This document shows positions 28,101 through 41,829 of a stretch of DNA of 64,000 nucleotides, piece after piece (the stretch's first letter is position 1; every line of letters starts with the position of its first letter). The stretch comes from Balanoglossus misakiensis (Eukaryota > Animalia > Hemichordata), in the NCBI GenBank assembly GCA_040954595.2, contig CM082584.2:13011237-13075236 (forward strand). The letters are read 5' to 3'. Both the position numbers and the translations under genes were made by a program. The notes beneath the pieces were generated by a model. The model was not told the origin of the DNA and ran no database searches. It saw nothing but the letters and a program-made list of their open reading frames with translations.

Positions 28101-31100
28101 TGGCCGCAAGCCAGGACGTTTTAACACCTACCAATCTGGACACTCACTCTGTATGCCAATAACCTTTGACCCACAGTATCCATCAACGCAGTGTTTATAA
28201 ATATTGAAAAACAATGTGATGGAGCTGCCAGGGGACAGGGTACATTGAAGGCTGTATCTGACTCTCTGTGGATACTCTGTAGATAGCAGATTGTGGAACG
28301 ATTGTATTTGACTTGCGCCTCTCATGAAAAACAAATCTTGGTAATCATTCACTGCTGTATCTTTAGTCCAGTGCAGTTTGTTTGTGTTTTGGTAGAATGG
28401 ATTTTACTGACAGTCTTGTGTCTTGGAGGTGAGCTTGCAGATTATTTTCCAAATTCTCATACAGAAGTCCATGGTGGTGATCTTTCTCTTGCCCTACATC
28501 ATGCAAGTTCTGCTGCAGTAAATTGGCCAAGTCATTGTTTTCTCTCGTTGACTGGTATCTAACTTAGTCAGCCTTGTCGTCAAGATCTATTCACATCTAC
28601 TGAAGAGTTGATCTTTCTATGTGTGTGTATACAAGAGACTTAAGGCACATTTTCTGGGTTTGGCTACAAGACAAAAATTACCATGGAAATGCTTCTCTGG
28701 CATAGAAATTCAGGTGACAAGTCTGTTTTTCCGAATTCTCCGGGGATGGGTGGTACGCAGACAATCTTGTTGTATCAGGCACGCACCAATGTCTTGCCAG
28801 GTTATGTATTCAGGTGAGGTAATCTCTTTCTGATTCTAAAAAATAGGTCTGTTAGGTTTTGTGGGTGTTTGTCCGATAGAGTGTCTAGAGATCTGAAACA
28901 TTGAAATCAGGATTGGTAGAAGGCATGAGTCTTGATATCACAGTTTAAAAGATCGTTCATCATAAATTGTTTCTTCCCTTGTGTATTCAGAACAAACACA
29001 GCATTTTTGATTGAAACGTTGCTAATTGATATCCACACTTATTAATTTTGTTGATAGCAGGTGATGAAAATCAGGATTAGTATGAAGGAAGTTATGTAAG
29101 GGAATATTGAAGCAACAGGCAGGTGAATTCTCAGTGATGTACGTCCAATTCAGTCCAAGGTTCTGTTGACTGAAGCGGATTCCTGAAATAGCCTGTACAC
29201 AGATGAACAACATACCACAGGCTACAGCAGGTCACTTGGCATCTAAGCATTCGCACACAACGACCGGGAAAGAGTGAGAAAGATTGTTTGCTTGAGTGCG
29301 TTTCACGGCGAGTGAAATCGAGTATACGCCTTCGTGTTCAGCTTGTGGGTTGAGGAGTTTTGCTTGATGCACTTGAACAATGTGCGGTGATCAGAGAAGG
29401 TGAGCTGCTGGTGTGGGTCCTCTGCCCTTCCATTGAAGATAGCCACGTCCTATAACTGCTTGAGTCGCCTTTTTCATGTTGCTGTCAATAGTGGTAGCTG
29501 TTCAGAGGTGTGAAGTAGATTAACTGTATTTCTGTCTCCCTGATACACCTTTGGAAACTTACTTCATCTTTCACAAATGTTAACTCATAGTTGAAATTTT
29601 AATCATTCTATGCCATTCTTTTGTTTATATTTAGGGAAGGAGTGAAATTAAAGTTTGTACTGACTGTCTCTACAGGTTGTCTAGTGTTTACGTCTGATAG
29701 GAGAACTATTACTTGCAATGTTAATTTGATAACACTGCTGATTATCGTGACGGTCATTAAGGTCACATGGTGGGTCACATATGGTCCGTCTGGTGTCACT
29801 CTGACCATTGAGGACTCTGATGTAACATCCTTTTGAACAAGCACAGCAGCGTAAAAAATGTAAAGGCTATTAATTTGTTTCCTATTCAGGTACATGGCAG
29901 AGGCTAGTTGGTCAAACACGTGGCAGCCTTATCTGTCGGACATAAGCACAAAAGAAATAGATAGCGGCTTTTCTTACAGTGAAATATGTGTTGGTGATTT
30001 TCAGAAATAATGTCGCATACATCATTCTTCCCTTAGAGTTTATCAGACACAACCCCAGGGTTTATCAGCTGTTTGACTCCAGGATAATTAGCCAATTCAG
30101 CCAGTGAGTTGACTTATTGTCTGGGGCTAATAATTATTCTACAAACTCTGCCTATGTGTAATTTTACACGTAAGCCACGATAAGGACTGTCTGTCACCTG
30201 GTTTCAGTTCAGCCTAATGTCACAATATGAAACACCATGTGGAAGTCAGTGGTGTTTGTGACATCCTGGTGAAATTTCTGGTGTTATAATTCTCAAAATC
30301 CAGTTCAGTCTGTGTCTGTGGTTGATTTCATTGATCGAAAATGTAGGCTTGACACTCATGTTCTTTTACTCTTTGTTGGCTGAGATCCAGGCAGTAGCAC
30401 AGGTCACTCTGTCACAGCCTAAGATTTATCAATCCTTGGTTTTATGTTCGAGCTGTCTGTCGGTCAAGTACATCCTTAACCAGAAGTGAACCCATTTTTA
30501 TGTTGGTACCAGTAACTATCCAAAATATATGACCTATCCTTTTATTGTTACATTGACATTTTTATAAGAATGTCCTTTTTGTTTTATTGATGTGGAGTGA
30601 CTTCTTCTGTTGAGGTCATCGGTATATGTCTCTGTTGGATCTTGTATCCAGAAGTGTCTGGGTCATTCTACGAAATTGGTATCATTACCTGTGCTGTTCT
30701 GATGATTTTGCAAGTTTTTATCATCACCAGATATTGTTCTCTAACATATCAAACATCTTTGACATTGTCACTGTGGTATATCGCATCGCCTAAGTCTTGG
30801 TGTAAGTCAGTGGTTTCTTAAAACCATGCAGGCCCGAATTTCCGGTAACATACCCAAATTTACCCGTATATGTGGAGGTTTAGGTCAGAGATGGTTAATT
30901 GCAGGGCAAAGCGATATAATGGTAGCTCTGTTATCCCTGGTGTTAACAAACGGATCAGTGGCTTGTAACCAGGTTTGATGCGGGAACAGTAAGTTTGCAG
31001 ATTGTGATGTGGTCAGATTTTTTTAGGTCAGCCTTGTTGAGAGTATGGCAAGCAGAATGAGGTTAATCTCCCAGGATCAGACTTTATTTGCACCGGTGGG

Positions 31101-31372
31101 TTCTGTATGTGTGTGGGTGTGAGCATATGCGTGTGTGACGTAAATGTTAACTATCGGGGGTTGCCAGGTTCAAAGTTATTCTATCTGAGATTAGATACAG
31201 AAGTTCATCAGATCACTATCAAATTTAAACCATCACTAACATAAATTTTTTCTGGCCTTCCAACCAACCAGCCAGCCGAAATGATCACTTTGGTCTTTTC
31301 ATAAAACCCATGGCTTCGTGCTCTTTGACATTATAAAACACAGTGAAGAGCTTTTAAAATCAAAGAGGGCTG

Positions 31373-31457
31373 CTAACCCCTGATTCCTAAGAGTAGATCC
31401 AGTCTTTCCTCTGAAAACAATAGGTTTAGACCAAACCATACTGATGACAGGGTTGAA
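31373..31457. mobile_element. Degenerate short MITE with (T)AACCC...GGGTT termini
   Basis: ctaacccctg...cagggttgaa. Its reverse complement shares aaccct...aaacc(c/t)attg(t/c)ttt with the fragment at 41129-41185. Confidence 0.3.
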
Positions 31458-34400
31458 TGAAAAGCTTTTGTGGTAATATAAATGTTTTGTACCTCACCAT
31501 GACCAATAGCATTCATTGCGTTGAGAGAGAAACTAAATAATCAGATGTTGGCTTTTGAATTCACAAAAGGCACTTCCTAGGGTCTGTTTAAGTCGGCATT
31601 AAAAGCTGAAGTCAGTGAAAGCGATGGATATACAAGTTTCAAGTAGCCTGTGGGAAGGGCTTTGAAATGTTTCTAGGCTGAGTTACATTGTTATTTCGGA
31701 AAGCATTTCATGCTAGATTTAGCAGCACCACCGAAAATAGCTTCTCACGAATGTTACCCCCAACACGTGCATTTGTGTCGACTGTGTGAGCCAAGGTTAA
31801 ACTTGCTTAAGTGTGAAGATCCAGGAAGATGTGATCGGCAACTGGAAAATCAAAGGCAGGGAAGTTTCTTACATCTACAGCCTGTCCTCATGAGGATGAC
31901 TAAACACATCACAGAAGGGTTTCCTATTATCTGTTCTGTTTTGTTTACACTTTGAGGCAGGAGCCATTGCTTTTGTAGGGCTTCTATACTGTGGACTTCA
32001 CTCATACTGACATACTGGTATAGTATTTTGCACCTACATACCAAGCATGTTCAATTGCTTTGCAGGATGAAAGGGAGGGGGGTATACAAGCGATGTTCAC
32101 CAACCAAGTTCGAGTTGACATAGCAGAAAGTACATTCTACCAAGATACAGTTGATTCATTTGAAGGAAGCCATAGCGATGACTCAAAAGACTATGAATAG
32201 AAATCAAAATTCTGCTGTGCTTAGGACACTCTGCAATACAAAGTGCACTCTTAGAATACCTTGTGTGTAGTGACCTGTGTAATGGTGAAAAAAAGTTTAT
32301 GAGCAATGTTACCACATGCTGGTTTAGACTTTCATTGGGCGTTTCAAGTTCACACTTCAATTCAGTGCGCTGCGAGTTCTCACGTACGGAAATAGTCGCC
32401 TATATCCCGGGCGACAGAATTTGTATATTGATAAAGTGCTTTACCACTCATATGGTACAATTACCCCATTTCATATTTGCTCATATTTTGTTGTGATGTT
32501 TCTCAGTTAATAATAAACATCAATTGAAGACTTTTATGACTTGTTTGATAACTCAATGTAGGTCAGAGGTCTTGAAAACTGTCACATCTTGATTGGTGTG
32601 TGTGTGTTGTTAGATGCGATAATGATATTGACAGTGTTTCAGATAGGACAGATTTGAACTAGATCTTGGGGGTGCTATCTTTTCCTCTCTGATTGGATTT
32701 GGATCCAGGTACTTCTAGACAGGAACTGCAAAGCCTGCTGCCTGTGGGATATCTGACAACCGGTTTCCGCTGGTAACCAAGCCATATGCCTCTCATTTGA
32801 AGGTGACATTTATTATTAGAAGTTGGCATTGAGATATTAGGATGGTATGTAACAGATTGGAGTGAACGCGGTCAGTTTTGTGGAGTGATGGTTAAGTGGA
32901 CATTGTCACGATTAATGGATGGCCAGGGGCTGTAGGGTCAAATGATCTGTGTCAAGTTTAGACTCTGAGTGCCCACTGCACGTACTGCAGCCATAAAGTT
33001 GACCAGATTGGACAGCAGTAGGATGGAGAGAACATTGAGTTGAGTTGAGTTGCAAGATTCTTTTGACATTGGAGTTTTGTATGTGAAGGAGACGTACGTG
33101 AAAGTTAGTGTTTGGTGTAGATGTTTTCCGTTTCGACAAGCTGTGGTGTAGGTTAGTGTTATTAATGTATTCCCATGGACACAAAGTGAACAAACCATTC
33201 TTTAAGTGATGACAAAAGACACAGGGACATTGGTATTGCCGATTTTATTATAACAGATTCATGTAAAATACAGGTAATTGGAATCATGGGACTGTTGCTT
33301 GTTGATGCAAGCCAATACCCAGTCATTTAAGAATCACCTTAATGTAGATATCCCACTGGGAAAATGCCAATCAAGAAACTACAGTTGTTTTGTTGTTTTA
33401 TCTCTCTCCCTATGGGTCCAAATCCTTGTGTTCCCTAACCACAGGATAAAACCCCACTTTAATCCCACAGTTTTAAAAACCATTAATCCCACTATGCATT
33501 TGTGTTTATGTATTGTCTCTTTACAATAATCAACAGTGTAAGTCTTGGTTATTTGACTTTGGTGCCAGATAGGTCTGTAAATTGATTAGAAACAACAATC
33601 GGATAAACTGTGATATAAACAATTCAAAATAGGGCTTCCTTCAATTCATGGATCTCACTGCGGTGGTATTTTTCCTGCATTTTTTTGCATCTGTCAATTG
33701 TAAATGTTTAGGCTGAGAAGAATAGGGAAGATTTTTAAGTCGAATTCTTGAGCGTATATTGATTTCTTGTGCCATTTGTGATTTGCCGACACCAGTCAAT
33801 GTTTTTAATGAGGACTGGTATGTGTCTGATTATACCCAGGGTCTTCCAATGCAAGGTCAAGCATTGTCAGAACTTCTGCCGAGTCTTCTGTGGGTAAAGT
33901 AGTGATTAGGGCTCATTCTCTTGGAGTCTTTTTGTTTGACATAACACAGCCAGGACTCATTCATTGAGAATAGTGGTTGAACAGTTTGGTCATTCTAGTG
34001 TTCTGCCATTATGTCACAGGTATAGGACCATGATTGTGGCTGTGGAGTGACAATGTTTTCTTTTCTCTATGTGTGAATGTGTCATTTGACGCAGATGTAA
34101 TGGCCACTAAAGATCAGATGTTAATTTGGTCAGACTAACACACTACAAACTGAGAAGCCATTGTACAGGATTGGAAGGAAAACTAGCAACTACCAAACTC
34201 TGGTGTTTTCTTTGTAATACGTCTACAAATTTGTTTATGAAGGCAAACTCATTACGCATGAGAATATTTTCTAAGGTACAGTCATCATGCAGAGGTGATG
34301 TGTTAGTTTAGTATGGGTTCACTGCATATTTGTACCACGACTGGGATTATGACACTCTGACAGAATATCCCTGTGTGCTTTTAGTCTTAAAGTACAAACA

Positions 34401-35293
34401 CCCACACACGGCCCAACCCACATGGGGTCGTGGTTCCACCAATCAACTCTCTGCAACGTGTGTGGGGATATAATGTGTGAGATTGTAGTCTGAAAACACT
34501 GGTTTCATTCATATCCTGGGTACCATAGTTCTGTCCGTTCTTTTCAGTGTGTCAGGAAGAACATTTTGGCGAGCTATTCCGTGGTATGTCTCTCTATTCC
34601 TTGTGAGTGCTTTGTTCTCTATTACTCTCATGGTTATGGAAGTGTGCATTGATACAACTGTATATACACACTCTGTCTTTGGAAGGCTCAATCTATGGAT
34701 ATGTACATGTATATCGACTCATTGACTCATAGGAAGCCCTATCACAATACATATAGTACGTGCCTTTGCTTTAGCTTTTTGTAGAACGTATCATTCTGTT
34801 ATCGTGTTTGAAAATTTGTTGTACATGTACTATCATTGTGAGTCTGCAACTTTTAACATGAATTATTTCATTTGTTTGTACTGAAATAACTTTGTGACAG
34901 TGACAATGGCTGATGACTCATAACGGGTTTTCCTGAATTAGGTTGTATTTATTGGTCTCATCCTCTTCCTTTCCATGACCAAAGAGTGGCATAATTCTGC
35001 AAAGATCTAATTACAGAAACTTGGATTGGCAAAGTTTGTACACAGACATTATACAACTGGATGCTCTGTTAACCATGCTGATCACACAAAGCTAACATCT
35101 AAATACAACACAGGTACTACATGAATGCTGTATAAGTGCAAGAATTGATTATTTCCACATGGTTGAAATTGTTTATTTTTCTTGTGTTATTTCAGATCTA
35201 GAAGCGATTGCTGAAGCCAAGACAAGAAGACAAGTAGATGCAACAACAGTATGTTTGGTGGCAGCCTTTATGATCTTGCAACAGTGACCAAGC

Positions 35294-35351
35294 ATGGCAG
35301 ATAGGAGTGACCCAGAAAATGGTGGTCTTTATCGAAGATACTTATCACCAG
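35294..35351 (+). CDS. KANK: KANK first coding exon (exon 35196-35351 including UTR)
   Basis: Strong-context AGCATGG start with an in-frame upstream TGA at 35285. Encodes MADRSDPENGGLYRRYLSP. The CAG|GTAAGC donor is phase 1 and matches the next exon. Confidence 0.75.
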
Positions 35352-35512
35352 GTAAGCGTACACAGGTGTCATTTGGGTGTGTCATTCCCCGACCACCTGT
35401 TTCTGATTTACAAACTAAGTGCAATGTGTATTAATTTTTGATTTTTTTTTCTCCCTCTGCCCGCAACTTTTTGTATGAATACTGAATTTGTTGATTTGAT
35501 TTGTCTTCACAG

Positions 35513-38500
35513 AAGCTGTAAGACGCTCACCAAAAAGGCATGGAACTAATGCCACGACCGCCGCCACCCACCCGCCCAGTGCCACACACGTGACAGCACC
35601 CACCAGCACAGACAGATGTGATTGTTGCCCTTATGGATATCACATAGACCTTGACTTCATCAAGTTCTGTGACAACATCAAAAGTGGAGCGAATCTTTCA
35701 AAGTTGAAATCTTTTCGGAAATCTCGTGCGAGAACACGTCGTACTCAGAGCCCATCTCCGGCCACTAAGTCCAGTATACCACCTGCTGTGCCTGTCAGGT
35801 CATCTTCTCTGCCCGGAATTGGACGATCCAGGCTCTATTCATCCTCGGATTCTGGATCTGACGTCTATTCCGCGACTGATGATGAAACATTCGCCCTTGC
35901 GTACAGTCACTTTGCAAATCAGCTGAAAAAGATCAATGACAGGAATGCAGAAGATGACCTCAGACGGGGTCACAGAGACTATTTCTTCAACCAAGACTTT
36001 GATACTGCGTCAGAAACGCAAAGTCTTCCAGTGTTTCCGCCAGACGATACTCTGAGTGACGTGGATTCTGAAAGCAGATTTTGCTTTGATAATGTCACAG
36101 GCCAGCGCAAGCAGAGTCTTCCAAATGTACCTCTGGGTGGAATGCTGCACGGATTCGGTTCTCTGTCCAATCCAGCGGGATCGTCAACGACAACAGTCTC
36201 TCCGCTCAGCTTGTCTCTCAGCCACACCCGCAGTGATTCTCCGAGTTCTCTCTCCTCCAGCAGTTCCAGCCAGTTTTCACCCATTCAAGCGCTGCACCAC
36301 CTCACTGGCAATGGAATTACATCCCAGCAGATTGCTTCCAACCTCGGTTCCTTCCTGCATTCAACCAGGTATGGAGCCACGGATAGTCCGGCACTTTCCG
36401 GGACATCCACCTCATCTTCCTTCATGAGCCAGTCCAGCCTGTCTCACATCCGAGACCAGATGGCATTGAGTCTGCAACGCCTGAAGGAACTCGAGGAACA
36501 GGTGAAAAACATACCGGTGCTACAAGTGAAAATTAACGTACTTAAAGAAGAGAAGCGTTTGCTGACAATGCAGCTGAAATCTCGCAAGAACAAACAACGA
36601 TCAATCGGTGTTGGGGACACTAGTATTAACAGCGCACATCCAAACGGAGATGTCAAATATATTAGTTCTTTCCACATGAACAAGATGAAGCCAGACTCTT
36701 CCGCAACTTCCTTGTTCAACAACACCGCCGTTAAACCTCCATTGAAAAATGTAGCTACTCAGGCAGACATCATCATAGCGGATAAACGCAAGGACCATCG
36801 AACGGTCGGAGCCCAAGTTAGTACAACTCTCAATGCAAATCATAATCTAACAGAGACTGAAGCAGTTCACAGAACTTATCAATCCACTGTGTCCTCAGAA
36901 CGCCTGGTTATGTCAAATCCCAACTCGTCTCCCACGCGCGATCTCAAGTTTTTCCAGAGACGGCAATTAAACTCCCCACTGCACGCCAAGGAAATGTGCG
37001 ACATTGGGGTTGGCTTCATCAACGTCAACAAAGTTGAGTGTGAGAAATGCCGGGGGAAAGAGAGCAGATCGCTGGGGGTCGGCGATGCAGACATTCGAGA
37101 AAGACTCAGAGAAGAAAGGAGGCAGCAAGTTTCTGTGGGTGTTAGTGTCGCCATCCCTGATGTGAAGCCACAACAGAACTCTGTGGGCACCAACACCAAG
37201 CCCAAAGTTGTGAAAGACAAGGCTATTGACATGAGCGTAACCGTAGCCAACATGGCCACTAACACGCCACCCCCGGTTCGCAAGAGCAAAGCTACTCTCA
37301 CAGAGACAAAAGAATACAAAAGTATCGGCCTTGATACAGAGCAGTTGAATTCTGATGTGTCAGAATCGAAGTCAGCAGTTGACATGGCAACCAATACAGA
37401 TTACATAGCCAGATGTGCCAAAGCAGTAAACACAGATGCAGTGCCAAAACAGGTTGAAATACGACAGATCAGACGACCGCCAAAGCCTATGAGACATGTG
37501 GGAATCAACACGGTTGGTTTGGAAGAATGGTTGGCATTGGATAAGAAAGAGACAAGAGAGGTTGGAGTTGGAAAGGAGCTTGCATTATTTGTTGATTCAG
37601 GGAATAATCCAGAGGTGGTTTCGACTGCGGTGAAGTCTGTAAATACAGCGCCGCTTCTCTCCAAATCCATCGCAACTTTGACCGATAAAAACACCACAGA
37701 TGCCAGCTGCAACACTGAACAGAAAGCCATCAGAGAGAAAGGGGTCACAGCAAACATAAGTAAACCCTGCCTTGAAAAGGGTGTAGAAACAGAATGGGTA
37801 AGGCTGAGCATAGCGACAAACACCCCGCTTAGAATCACCCAGGATACGGGCACAAACTATGAATCAAGTAGTTGTGATGTAGCCATGGAAACTGAATACC
37901 TTGGATGTGATGCCACAACAAACACTGTGGTCACGGAGATGCAGGATCAGTCGGAAAATACCATGTCCAAGGAATACCAGGATGTTGCCATTGGAGATGA
38001 TACCTCGTGCCTTAATGTGCAGGGAATATCAATTGGCGTGGGAGATTTCCCCGTGGAACCGGAGATTGTAGCCATTAAGGCAGAAACTGTCACGTCTATG
38101 AATGGTGTTGAAGATGACGAGAAGGAATTTTGTGATGCAGCTGTTGGAGACGGGAAAACTAGTGACATTGTGTGCGACACTTGTGGCAATAAGAAATCCA
38201 GGACAGTTGCTGTGGGTGTGTGCAGCGTCAAGGACACGATCTGCGATAGATGCACCAACATGAAGAGTCGAACCATTGGTGTCTCTAACTGCGCCGTCAC
38301 AGATTCAGTGTGTCCAGAATGCCAAGAAGGGAAGAAAGTTTCTCGGACTGTGGGATGTGGATCCTGTAGTGTGCATGATATTCTGTGCTACAAGTGCGCT
38401 ATGATGGATTGTGTCAACAAAGCAGTCGGTGATCACAAGATAACCGACGCTATCTGTAATGTCTGTGACAAGATACCAAGGCGACATGTGGGTGTTGGGA

Positions 38501-39889
38501 TCGGGACTGTGAACGATGTCCTGTGCGACAAATGCCAGATGTTTAACTTTGTGAATCAGGCAGTCGGGGAATGTACGATAACTGACCGTTTGTGCGATCA
38601 TTGTGACAATCTTGTGACAGTTGATGCTGCAGTGGAACCTGAGGTCGCCATGAATCAATATGAGACTGTTGCCACGGGCGATGGTGATGTCAGACGGTTT
38701 GACGTATCACAGAGTACTGAGGCTGTAAGCACTGCATCCATTGCCATGGAGACTGAGAAGATATCATTGACAAGCACAGCTACCGGGGAAGGCAACATCT
38801 CTACAGAAACAGCTTCTGTCTCGACCGAGCTACACACAAGGACTGTAGCCATGGGAACTGATCATGTGACCACAGCTACGACTGCCATTGGAACAGAGCA
38901 GATCACACTCAGGAATGTGGCCTCAGGCACGGAACCGACTATCTATATTAGCTCAGGGGTTGGAGACAGAGATGTGACCACTATCACCGTAGGAACAGAC
39001 TCTGTCCTCTCAGAAACCAAGTCTGTAGGTACTGCCACCGAGAAAGTCCAAGTCACAGACACGTCCACTGATGCCTATAAAATCCCACTCAGGACTTCCA
39101 CAACTGAAACAGATGCAGTACCGACCACAGATTCTTGCGTTGGAGGCAATGCAGTAACCGTGACGACAACAGGCACTGCAACTGATGCAGTCACCACAGC
39201 CAATGTCGGTTCAGGAGAGAGATCGGTTGATAGGACTTCGACAGGGACAGCAACTGATTGTCGTACCACTGCAGATGTTGGTGTGGGAAGTCAGTTGCCA
39301 CGAATGACTTCATCTGCAACTGCAACTGAGGTGTTGACAACCAAGTCTGTCGCTGTCGGTGGAGATGAAATCAGCTCTAAGTCTGTGGCCACATCTGCAA
39401 GCGTGCCGACGCAGTCGGTGCATGTTCTGACGGAACACATCCCTATTAATACACAAGAACAAAGCGTCATGACAGATTCTTCAATATCACATCAGGAGAA
39501 CACACCTGCACCAGATATCCGAGTTAACAACGTTCCCTCAGCTGTGAGACCCACTGTGTCAACAGACATCGATGATGACGATACCCTTGCAGACATCAAC
39601 AACATCGAGTCACAGATATTCCACAGGCGACTGGATACCACAGAAGCAGAGGTAGTGACGTCAACCTTCCAACCTATACAGAACCAGCCTCCTCGTCTGA
39701 TTCACCAGAATCATTCAGGTGACCTCGATGATCACGTGACCTCGGAAACTGTGCAAGTTGTGAGGACCGAAGTTGTCAGGCAAGAAACGAGAGAAGCAGG
39801 CTACGACACACTTGATGGCGACAATTTCTCCGCGAAAGAAAGTGATATGGCCAACAGTAGCTTTGAAAACAGACATGCTCGTATGGCTG
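35513..39889 (+). CDS. KANK: KANK giant exon (4377 bp): KN motif, coiled coil, repetitive linker with CxxC repeats
   Basis: KN motif [21 protein letters not shown] and coiled coil [42 protein letters not shown]. ttcacag acceptor and G|GTAAGT donor at 39890. Confidence 0.95.
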
Positions 39890-40186
39890 GTAAGTTTACC
39901 ACTGCATGCATGTTTACCATATTTGACAATGTTAAATATTTGCCAATTTCCAACCTGTGGAAGGTGGGGTGACGCCCAACAAGGTGTACAAAGTTCAGAA
40001 TTGTCCTTCAAACTTGACCTGATAACTGGTGGCAGACCATAAAAAAATATCAGTGTGCAAATATCCTGCCATTAAAATTTACAGACCAATCACATCTGAT
40101 GTCAGAACTAGTACCAACAGCGCTTACGTAACTTGACAATTTGGAATTTTGCTAAAGCTAGTCTCTGGTTTCTCATCCATTTACAG

Positions 40187-40301
40187 GGTCCAGTCCATCA
40201 CAGACTGAATCACTTCTCAGAACTTCCATCATGAACAACCATGAAGCCAAACAACTTGGCGGCAAAGAGTATGGATTTGTTGGTGTAAACGGAAATCTAC
40301 G
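40187..40301 (+). CDS. KANK: KANK coding exon
   Basis: Encodes SLLRTSIMNN...YGFVGVNGNL, matching the KANK SIMKK...FVGVNG motif. Phase 1-2. Confidence 0.85.
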
Positions 40302-40803
40302 GTAAGAAAACAAATTGTTCAAACTTTCCTGTGTTTTTTTTTTTATTCGTGGTGGCAGGAATTTGTGAATTTCTTTGAGTGAAGTGTGTTTGATGTTCTT
40401 GCTTTTTGACTCACAAATGCTGATAGACTTTATCACTTGTCATAAAACTCACGTCAACTGCTTGCTTTCTGTAGATGTACACATAGATGTGGTTTGGTGG
40501 ATTGGTTGCAATAGCTAGAAATTTAAGCCATTTCAAGAACCTGTCTTTGTCTTGCACATGCGTTTATTTTTTCTCACAGAAAATAATGGTGTTTGAGGGG
40601 TTACAACCACAGAACCTCTTCATATCCAAAACAAAATTTGAAACACTCTCAGGTGTTTCCCGGGTGTTGGTGATGTGGTCGATTAGAGGAGTCTGAAAGG
40701 GGGTACAGGGTGGGTGACTCAAATTTGCAAATATCAGGGTGACATTAGAGAAGGTAGGCATGGTTCACTGACATGGCAAGGTCATGTGTTTTCATGTTTC
40801 CAG

Positions 40804-41061
40804 CAATGACGACGATACAAGTAGTAGTAGTTCCAGCAGTAGTTCTAGCGATTCTGATTCCGAGAGTTCGGACAGCGACACGTCCCAGGAAGGGTCGTAC
40901 GATGGCAGGATCGGAAAAGTGATGAAAGTTTGTCTGACAGAAGGCAAGGTGGCATCTGTGTCTGAACTGGCCGCTCACGGCAAAGAAGATGAATCAGTGG
41001 ACGCGGAAGGAACCAAGAAAGATGAGAAGAAAGTGCCTGAGATTGAACAGATTGAAGAGAG
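40804..41061 (+). CDS. KANK: KANK coding exon, acidic Ser-rich
   Basis: Encodes NDDDTSSSSS...EGSYDGRIG...EIEQIEE. Phase 2-2, AG|GTGCGT donor. Confidence 0.85.
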
Positions 41062-41331
41062 GTGCGTGTATCACTTCACTGGTGTAGTTTTTATGACTGT
41101 ATAAAAGTTTAAATATTCTACCCCCAGTTTAACCCTTAAAACACCAGAATTTTCTCCCATAATCATCACAAACCCATTGCTTTTGCATCTGCAGTTTCAC
41201 CTGTTGCATGGCTTTTTCGCAGAGCTGTGTAACTTGCTTCGCTGAATGCATAAATGGCTAAGCGATCACCACTATTATTTTATGAATTTAGCTTTCTACA
41301 CACTTGTGATCACACTTGTTTCGTCTTTCAG

Positions 41332-41569
41332 TTTTGAGTTAGGGGAAGAGCTCGCCAAGGCCTTGTCGGTGTTGGAGAAACACCTGGAGAATCCTGGAGA
41401 CGTAGATGCCAAGGAGGTGACGGCATGCATGAGTGTGATCGCTCATGAATGGTTCCGTATCTCCAGCCAGAAAGACGCCAGCACCAAAGTGGTTGGAGAT
41501 CACATCAGAGCCATCAAGGAGATGTGTAAGGGTGTGGTGGAGAAAGTCATCAACTTGGCAGATGGAAAT
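41332..41569 (+). CDS. KANK: KANK coding exon, helical cap of the ankyrin domain
   Basis: Encodes FELGEELAKALSVLEKHL...AHEWFRISSQKDA...VINLADGN (conserved EWFRxSS and NLADGNG). Confidence 0.93.
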
Positions 41570-41829
41570 GTAAGTCGATCGTCATGCTGTCGTGTGGGTG
41601 ATGATCGAGAAACAGAATTTTGGTTTTCTTTTGGAACTTTACACCCCTGTGAGACAATCTCATTCATGCCATGTTGCAGTTTACAGACAAAGACATCAGT
41701 CACAAAATTCAGTACGCTGTGTGTGGTACATGAACTGCAGAAAACAATGGTATTGAAGCTAGTGTAATGAGTTGAGCATCTTTGATTTTGAAATTTGACT
41801 GTTTATTATTTTTCTTTTCTTGCATGTAG

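Noticed and set aside
4600-35190. Numerous 60-160 aa ORFs in the long leader region
   Set aside because: They have no recognisable domains or coding-like composition, and no consistent exon chain. No transposase or reverse-transcriptase remnants were seen.
35590-39972. ORF-track start (GTG 35590) and end (39972) for KANK
   Set aside because: The true exon is bounded by splice sites at 35513 and 39889. The ORF tail KFTTACMF... is intron read-through.
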